A stretch of DNA of 8,406 nt from Prasinococcaceae sp. CCMP 1430 (taxonomy: Eukaryota; Plantae; Prasinodermophyta), in assembly GCA_013416795.1 (NCBI GenBank), contig RQSC01000568.1, forward strand, positions 3,929-12,334. Direction: 5' to 3'. A program made the position numbers and the translations under genes. The notes below the pieces were generated by a model. The model was not told where the DNA came from, made no database searches, and saw only the letters and a list, made by a program, of their open reading frames with translations. This document shows, one piece after another, positions 7,852-8,406 of the stretch. Position 1 is the stretch's first letter. Each line of letters begins with the position of its first letter.

Positions 7852-8194
7852 GTGCGTGGCGCGGCCGCTCGCGTAGTGCATGCCCCGCCGGCGGTTCGGG
7901 GCGATTTATTTTTTTTGGTTACGGCGCGCGCGGGCCGCCGCCGCGCCGTGGGTGCTGGCGAGTGCCTCCCCCCCGGGCGCGGGGGCGCGCCTGGGCGTCC
8001 AACCCCCCGCCCCGCCGCCATGCCACATCGGCAGAAGTACCCCGTCGCCGTGACCGCGCGTGCGCGCGCGCGCTCCGCGCGCGTCCGGGGGGGGGACCCC
8101 CGCGTGCGCCCAGTGCCGCGCGCGCGCCTTCTCGCGTTTTTTTTTTTTTTTCCGTGCGCTGACAGACCTACCCCTTCGCCGCATGCGCCCACAG
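7852..8194 (+). other. 343-nt phase-2 cis intron of RPS18
   Basis: GTGCGT donor, T15 tract at 8137-8151, CTGAC at 8159-8163, CAG ending at 8194. The split codon CG|C restores K-R-A-G-E-L. Confidence 0.93.
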
Positions 8195-8351
8195 CGCTGG
8201 TGAGCTGCGCGCGGAGGAGCTCGAGGAGCTGATTGTGATCATCAACAACCCCCGCCAGTTCAAGATCCCCGACTGGATGCTTAACCGCTCCAAGAACTAC
8301 AAGGACGGCCGCTTCTTCCAGGCGACCTCGAACGTCCTCGACACCTGCCTG
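8195..8351 (+). CDS. RPS18: 40S ribosomal protein S18, internal exon (called E3 here)
   Basis: [52 protein letters not shown], followed by the donor GTACGT at 8352 (phase 0). Confidence 0.96.
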
Positions 8352-8406
8352 GTACGTCCGCCCGCCTGCGCGCTCCGCCTCCTCGTCCTCATCCTCATCG
8401 TCGAAG

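Noticed and set aside
7852-8194. Intronic snoRNA, or a small ORF from GCCGCCATG at 8020, inside RPS18 intron 2
   Set aside because: No convincing C/D or H/ACA boxes; the ORF is low-complexity and runs through poly-T into the wrong frame of E3.

Overview
Eukaryotic, very GC-rich (about 70% by eye), gene-dense nuclear DNA. It is most likely from a prasinophyte-type green alga: an inference from a plant-type RPS18 C-terminus, a homolog of a plant NT-C2 family, and GT-AG introns with CTGAC branch points. Contents in order: (1) an intronless 952-aa NT-C2-domain protein whose C-terminal domain carries a candidate Cys-His-Asp protease triad; (2) a minus-strand unknown protein with a 114-bp tandem duplication; (3) an AT-rich island and a single-N gap at 5526; (4) a minus-strand low-complexity gene cut by the gap; (5) the last exon of ribosomal protein RPS18; (6) TAF11 on the minus strand; (7) two middle RPS18 exons. 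The most striking feature is that RPS18 appears split and out of order. Its terminal exon lies about 1.4 kb upstream of the two exons it should follow, the 5' exon is absent from the window, and each orphan acceptor sits head-to-head with an antisense gene. Possible explanations are trans-splicing or back-splicing of a permuted gene, a partial tandem duplication, or misassembly; the sequence alone cannot decide between them.
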